64,000 bases of DNA from a virus: positions 32,001 through 96,000 of the IMG/VR virus record IMGVR_UViG_3300036790_000396; one strand, 5' to 3'. Below the pieces are notes generated by a model. It had not been told where the DNA came from and did no database searches. It saw only the letters and a list, made by a program, of their open reading frames with translations. This document shows, one piece after another, positions 56,023-61,465 of this stretch. Within the stretch, counting starts at the first letter, position 1, and each line of letters starts with the position of its first letter. Both the position numbers and the translations under genes were made by a program.

Positions 56023-57294
56023 GCCATGCCATGAACGCCTGGGCCGCGACGACCCCGTTGCCGATGATCTTCAGCTGCGCCGACCGGGACAGGCCCGGCA
56101 CTCCCGTCACCCAGCCCGGCGGCATGCCCATCATCCACTCCGCGAACGCCGCCGCCAGCCGGGGCTGCCCCTTCACCCCCGTCTCGACGGGGGCCGGGAC
56201 CGTCCTGCCGGTCACCAGCTCCCAGCGCCGGATCGCCGGCCCGTACTGCCGCCAGTCCCACTGCGGACCGTCCTGCGCCCGGTCCAGGCCGATCACCTCG
56301 CCGGTCAGCATGGTGTCCCCGCGGGTGCGGTGCTGGCCGGGCGAGCCGTGGCGGGCCTCCCCCGTCAGCGGCGTCGGGAGCAGTGACAGCACGTCCCCGG
56401 CCGCCGGGTCGCCCTTCACCCCGGGATGGCTCATGCTGCCCGCCGCGCCCCCGGACTGCACCCGCAGCGCGGCCAGCAGGGCGATGTCCTTCACCACGTC
56501 GGGCAGGTACTGGTCTCCCGGCCCGCGGACGCGCCCGTCATTGCGCACCCGGCCGACCGGCCTCGTCGTCCCCTTGGCGTCGCGGGCTGTCGGCGAGGGC
56601 ATGAGCGTCAGCCGGCGCGTTCCGTCTCCTGCGGATCCGGCTGCGGCAGCAGGAACGACACCTCGTCCTCCAGTGTCGGCCCGTGGCCGCCTGCTTTCCT
56701 CTTCTCCGGGTGCTGAGGCCCCCCGTTCGATCCCAGCTGCGCGGTCGGCGATTTCAGCAGACCGCCGGAGGAGGGCAGGGCCGCCGCTGCGGGGATGGAC
56801 GGCGAGCAGGAACCACCGCTTGCGTAGATGCGGGGCTCCGGCCTCGGCTGCGCTGTAAATCCCGTAGGACCCCACGTACCCGAGGCGGGCCAGCCCTCCG
56901 GTGACCTGCGCGAGCGCCGCGCCCCTGCTGACCCGGAGGAGGTTGGGGACGTTTTCGAGGAAGATGACGCCGGGGGGTTCCTGAACCTGGTGATCCCGTC
57001 CTCGATGTACGGCCAGAGCCAGCGGTCATCCTCGATCCCCTTCTGCTTTCCGGCGGAAGATGCTGGTTGGCATGGAAATCCGCCGCAAAGTATATCTATG
57101 TCCGGTATTCTGTTCCACGGTATCAGCTTGATGTCGTCGTACAGCGGCATCCACGGGTGCCGTGCGCCGAGCACCTGGCGCGCGGCCGGGTCGATCTCCG
57201 CCATCCAGGCCAGCCCGGCGCCCGCGGCTGCTTCCACGGCCCGGCCGAGCTGTCCCGTCCCGGCGCATATCTCGCCGATCGCCTGCTGCGTCAC
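55979..57294 (-). pseudogene. C5-cytosine DNA methyltransferase split by a -1 frameshift at a G6 run (56972-56977); pseudogene, phase-variable or recoded
   Basis: Motifs I-IV (EICAGTG, EID, GGFPCQ) in the 57294 frame; motif VI FLENV, VIII APHLRKRWF, IX-X EWMMG...IIGNGVV in the 55979 frame; one extra C restores N-P-P-G-V-I-F-L-E-N-V. Confidence 0.85.
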
Positions 57295-57674
57295 GGGCGC
57301 GGCCACCCGGGCAGCCCTTCGAGCCGCAGCACGTCCATCCCCGGCAGCCGCGGGCTGCTGCTGTATCCCGCGCGGAGCCCGAGCAGCTCCGCGTCGAGCA
57401 CCCGGCGGGCGAGTTCCAGCACGTCGTCTTCCACCTGAGATGGGCTGAGCGCAGCACCGTAGAGTCTCGCGCCGGGGGTGCCGTCCTTTCTCACGCGCTG
57501 GGCCTCGTTCAGCCGGATCATGTGAAGCCGGGGCTCGCCGCCGTGGAGCTGCCGGAACTGGAAGTTAATTGACCTGGCCCGCATGCTGTAGCCGGAGAAG
57601 GGCATCCTCACGTCAGGCAGGTCACCGCTGAACGTGAGTTCCCAGTGACAGTAGCCCGAGGAGCTGATGTCCAT
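57291..57674 (-). CDS. hypothetical protein
   Basis: AGGAG RBS; coupled to neighbours on both sides. Confidence 0.7.
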   Translation of the reverse strand: MDISSSGYCHWELTFSGDLPDVRMPFSGYSMRARSINFQFRQLHGGEPRLHMIRLNEAQRVRKDGTPGARLYGAALSPSQVEDDVLELARRVLDAELLGLRAGYSSSPRLPGMDVLRLEGLPGWPRP

Positions 57675-58192
57675 CAGGGCTCCTCTCCCGCGCTCAGCTT
57701 CCGGGAGGCGAGTCCGGTTTCCGCGAGGAACAGCCGCAGGAGCGCCTGCATGTCCATGATCTCCCGCCGTGCCGCCGCCGCGTGCTCCCTGAACCGGTCC
57801 TGGTCGAAGTCCGTGACCAACTCGGCATGATGGAGCGAGCCGGCCTTGCGGCTCGCGTCGGCGAGGGCCCTGTGCGCCGTGTCGAGCACTCCCGCGAGGG
57901 TGCCCGCGCGTACCGCGTCCTGGTCGAGGAACTCCAGGTCGCTCTCGCTGTCCTCGGTCCAGTCTGCGTGATGCCTGCGGAGCGTGCTGATCTCCGTGCC
58001 CGCTCCTTCGTCCGGGACGTGATCCCGGATGGTGTAGTCGCCCGCGTGCACTTTCCGGTAATTCCCGTCGGTGCCGATCGCGTAGACGTCCAGCCCGGCG
58101 GAGACGATGACGACGACTGCGGCCCCGGCTCCCGCGTTCTTCTGCAGGTCGATGATGTCCCCGGATTCGGGGACCCTGGTCTGGTAGCTCAT
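57674..58192 (-). CDS. hypothetical protein, probably leaderless
   Basis: Likely start ATG 58192, 7 nt after the TAATAT -10. Confidence 0.75.
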   Translation of the reverse strand: MSYQTRVPESGDIIDLQKNAGAGAAVVVIVSAGLDVYAIGTDGNYRKVHAGDYTIRDHVPDEGAGTEISTLRRHHADWTEDSESDLEFLDQDAVRAGTLAGVLDTAHRALADASRKAGSLHHAELVTDFDQDRFREHAAAARREIMDMQALLRLFLAETGLASRKLSAGEEP

Positions 58193-58199
58193 GCCCTGC

Positions 58200-58221
58200 A
58201 TATTACCAATAAATCTTGGTA
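58200..58221. promoter_or_regulatory. Perfect operator TACCAA-taaatc-TTGGTA with leftward TGgTAATAT
   Basis: Divergent junction. Confidence 0.85.
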
Positions 58222-58267
58222 TATGCCACTCGTCTGCGGCCCGTCCTCGGAAGCAACGGGAGGCACG

Positions 58268-61200
58268 ATGCCACAGCAACGTTTTGTCCGTATAGCGCAT
58301 GATCCCGGAGACCCGCAGCTTTGTTCCCATTGCTTCGGGCCTGAGACGAGATACCTCACGCCGGATGGCGTCAAGACCTTGGGCGAGACGGTCGGGACTG
58401 CCCAGCGGGTAATGACCGCGGATTCCCTCCAGTCTCACGACGGGCGCTGGGCCGATGCTGAGATCCGCTCGTTCGGCGTACAGCAGCTGCACCGGATCAC
58501 CCTGAAGCGCAACAAGGTAACCAAGGTGATCCGGGCGACTGCCGGGCACCGCTGGCTGGTGCGCCGCCCGGATCGCATTGTCACGACGGATCGTCTTCTC
58601 CCGGGCCACCGGCTGGCCACTGCCCGGCTCCCGCGCCAGGAGCTGGCGATGGACCGTGAGGGCATCTGCCATGGTTTCTTTTTCGGCGACGGAAGCCTGC
58701 GCCGCACGGAGAACGCTGATTACGGCAAAGTGATCCTGTGGGGGCAGAAGCGCGAGCTTGCTTCTTATTTTGAGGAAATAGCAGGTCGTCCCGGCGTCGA
58801 GAAGCACACTCCGAATGGCGTTCCCGGTCTTGCGTTCCAGGCCGGGATGAAGGGCTATGCCAAGTCGCTGCCGCTGCTGACGATGCCGCCCGAGTACCTT
58901 TACGGCTGGCTGGCCGGCTACTTTGCCGCAGACGGGTGGAGCGGGGGCACCAACGCCTCTCTCTCGTCTGCGGTGCGCGCTCACCTGGAGCACGTACGCG
59001 ATATCTGCACGCTGCTCGGCATAGGTACTTACGGTATTACCTCGAAGACGCGCACTGGATTCGGGAAGGAATCTGAGATCTTCGAGGTCGGGTTCAGCCA
59101 GTCCGACCTCAATACGGATTTTTTCCTTCGCAGTGATCACCGCGAGGCCCGCAGGCCGCCGCCCCAGGAACGTTTCGGATGGACAGTCGTCTCCGTCGAG
59201 CCAGATGCTGAAGAAGAAGTCTTCTGCGCGATTGTTCCGGAGAATGAGCGCTTCGCGCTCGAAGACAACATCCTCACCATGAACTGTCCTTTTTGCGGCT
59301 CCGGTCAGATTACGGGCAGATCTGACGGGGGCATAGACTGTGCTTTCTGCGGACAAAGCTTCATAGTTCGGGTACAGCCCGCTTTCCCAGGCATGCCGCA
59401 AGCGCCCGGAATGGGCGCTCCCACCGATGCCGGGCCCGAGGGCATCCCGGTGGGCCTTCCCCCCGGTGCCGGGCCCGAGGGCCTTCCCCCCGGTGCCGAC
59501 GGCGGCATGCCTCCCGGCGGGGACGAGGAAGGCGGCGGCTTCCCGCCCGGCGGTGACGAGGACGAAGAGGCCCCTCCCGGCGCGGATGACGAAGACGAGG
59601 ACGACGGTGCTCCTCCCTTCGCGAAGAAATCATCGCGCCGCCTGGGCGCCCACGAGCATCCTGATGACGACCTGCGCCGTCACCTCGCCGAGGAGCACGG
59701 CCACGGCTGGATCGAGTACCCCGGCGTCAGCGAGATCAGCCGCATCCACGATGCCGACCACCGCAACCGCGGCGCCGCCGCCCACCGCGGGGACATCGCC
59801 CCGCCGCTGCAGTCTCTTCCCGAGCCTGCGGCCAGGCACTGGCCGGCCCACCGCCGCGAGCGCTTCGACGATCCTCGCCTCGGCGACAGCTACGGCGACC
59901 GCTTCGGGGCTGAGGATGTTGCGGACCAGTACCGCCGCGAGACGCACGGACAGCCTTCCCCGGACTCGGACTACGGCCGGTTCGCCCCCGCGCCCCCGGA
60001 GCGCCGTCACCTGTCCGTCCGCCGCTACCGCACCATTTCCGGCGACGTGCTCCCCGAGGACGCCTACATCCGCCATCTCGCCGTCCTGCACTCCGGCGGC
60101 AGCTCCCGCGTGCTGGCGCTGCTGCGCCGCGAGGCGGCATCCGGGGGCGACGACGGCAGGCTGCCCCCCCGCAGCGTCATGACGCAGCGCCAGCACCTGC
60201 AGGCGACCCGGGACATGCGCGACCGTCTCGCCGCGTCCGGGTTCCCGATGGACGCCCCGTCAGGCGACGAGGACATGCGGATGAACCCGTCGTGCAGGCT
60301 GGAGACGGGGCATCACATCTCATTCGGCGTGGAGCTGCGCGGCGGGAAGCACTCGATGTTCATCACCCACCCGGCGGACATGGGCCAGGGCCGCACGTTC
60401 CTGGAAGTCGGCCTGGGGCGTGACCCGTCCCGCGTGGCGGATCTCGCCCGCCGCGAGCTGGGCTGCCCTCATGTTGCGGGGGAAATGACGGAACAGCTCC
60501 GCGGCCACGGCGACGAGCCCCTCAGGCAGCCGCCCTCGGCCCGGTCGGTGAGGCACGAGGCGGAGGGCACGCAGCCGCGCGAGGCGTCCCTGCGGTACCG
60601 TGCCGCGTTCGACTGGGACAATGCCACCGAGGACGAGGCCGACCGTGAGTTCCAGCGCCGTGAGGACGGGATGCAGGATGCGGTAGAACGCCACGGCGTG
60701 GACAGCATCCTGCGTCCCAACCGCGTGAACCGGATAGAGACCGGTCACGAGATCTCTTTCGAGCACCATCCCGCGGAGGGGGAGGGAGATGATTACTGGA
60801 CGGTCGGCGTCAACCATCCGGCTGACTCCTGGACCGGGGATGCGGAGCGCTACCCGCGCTACTACTGGAAGGGCTTCCGCGGTCCTGACGACGACGTGGT
60901 CCGCCAGGCGGTGCAGCACCTGCGCTCTCCCCGGACGATGGACGTGATGCGCGAGCAGTCCCGCCGTGCGATGAGCCGCGAGGCATCCCTGCGGCGCCGG
61001 GCCGACCTGGATTACGACGAGGTCCCTGAGGGGCACGCGATGTCCAAGCGGGAGCAGATCAGCCGGCTGCGCGAGATGCGCGGGCGCCTGGAGGACCACG
61101 GGATCCGGATGCTGCCGTCTGATAGCGGCATGGCTCCCTACTTCGACCTGGAGACCGGGCACCGCATCCTCCTGGGCCTTTCGCAGCAGCACGGGGACTG

Positions 61201-61465
61201 GCACATGTACGTCAACCACGCCCGCTCCGGCCCCGCAGCCGGCATGCTGGCCGTGAACCTGGGCCCTGACTCCGGCCGCGTCCCGGACCTCATGCACCGC
61301 GAGCTGGGCTGCCGTACCGTCATGAATGCGATGATGAGCCAGTCGGCGAACGCGGCGAGGACGGAGCCGGGGGAAAGGCAGCCTAGGGTGCGCCATGTCG
61401 CCGAGGGCGTCATCCCGAACGAGCTGCGGCAGCGTGAGGCATCGGCACGACGGAGGATCGCGTGA
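58268..61465 (+). CDS. Head-region polyprotein: Zn ribbon (intein-interrupted), acidic Pro-rich linker, His module, three tandem repeat domains
   Basis: GGGAGG RBS; spliced SH-CPFCGS...CAFCG; REAA/REAS linkers between the ETGH repeats; directly upstream of the portal gene. Confidence 0.8.
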   Translation: MPQQRFVRIAHDPGDPQLCSHCFGPETRYLTPDGVKTLGETVGTAQRVMTADSLQSHDGRWADAEIRSFGVQQLHRITLKRNKVTKVIRATAGHRWLVRRPDRIVTTDRLLPGHRLATARLPRQELAMDREGICHGFFFGDGSLRRTENADYGKVILWGQKRELASYFEEIAGRPGVEKHTPNGVPGLAFQAGMKGYAKSLPLLTMPPEYLYGWLAGYFAADGWSGGTNASLSSAVRAHLEHVRDICTLLGIGTYGITSKTRTGFGKESEIFEVGFSQSDLNTDFFLRSDHREARRPPPQERFGWTVVSVEPDAEEEVFCAIVPENERFALEDNILTMNCPFCGSGQITGRSDGGIDCAFCGQSFIVRVQPAFPGMPQAPGMGAPTDAGPEGIPVGLPPGAGPEGLPPGADGGMPPGGDEEGGGFPPGGDEDEEAPPGADDEDEDDGAPPFAKKSSRRLGAHEHPDDDLRRHLAEEHGHGWIEYPGVSEISRIHDADHRNRGAAAHRGDIAPPLQSLPEPAARHWPAHRRERFDDPRLGDSYGDRFGAEDVADQYRRETHGQPSPDSDYGRFAPAPPERRHLSVRRYRTISGDVLPEDAYIRHLAVLHSGGSSRVLALLRREAASGGDDGRLPPRSVMTQRQHLQATRDMRDRLAASGFPMDAPSGDEDMRMNPSCRLETGHHISFGVELRGGKHSMFITHPADMGQGRTFLEVGLGRDPSRVADLARRELGCPHVAGEMTEQLRGHGDEPLRQPPSARSVRHEAEGTQPREASLRYRAAFDWDNATEDEADREFQRREDGMQDAVERHGVDSILRPNRVNRIETGHEISFEHHPAEGEGDDYWTVGVNHPADSWTGDAERYPRYYWKGFRGPDDDVVRQAVQHLRSPRTMDVMREQSRRAMSREASLRRRADLDYDEVPEGHAMSKREQISRLREMRGRLEDHGIRMLPSDSGMAPYFDLETGHRILLGLSQQHGDWHMYVNHARSGPAAGMLAVNLGPDSGRVPDLMHRELGCRTVMNAMMSQSANAARTEPGERQPRVRHVAEGVIPNELRQREASARRRIA
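58331..59284 (+). mobile_element. Intein (318 aa) with LAGLIDADG endonuclease
   Basis: H|CFGPETRYLT...ATAGHRW...HGFFFGDG...WLAGYFAADG...EEVFCA...NILTMN|C. Confidence 0.92.

Noticed and set aside
57782-59401. ORF-track N-terminal extensions of 57674..59401 (-) and 57782..61465 (+)
   Set aside because: They run through the divergent promoter and overlap each other's real genes; better starts are 58192 and 58268
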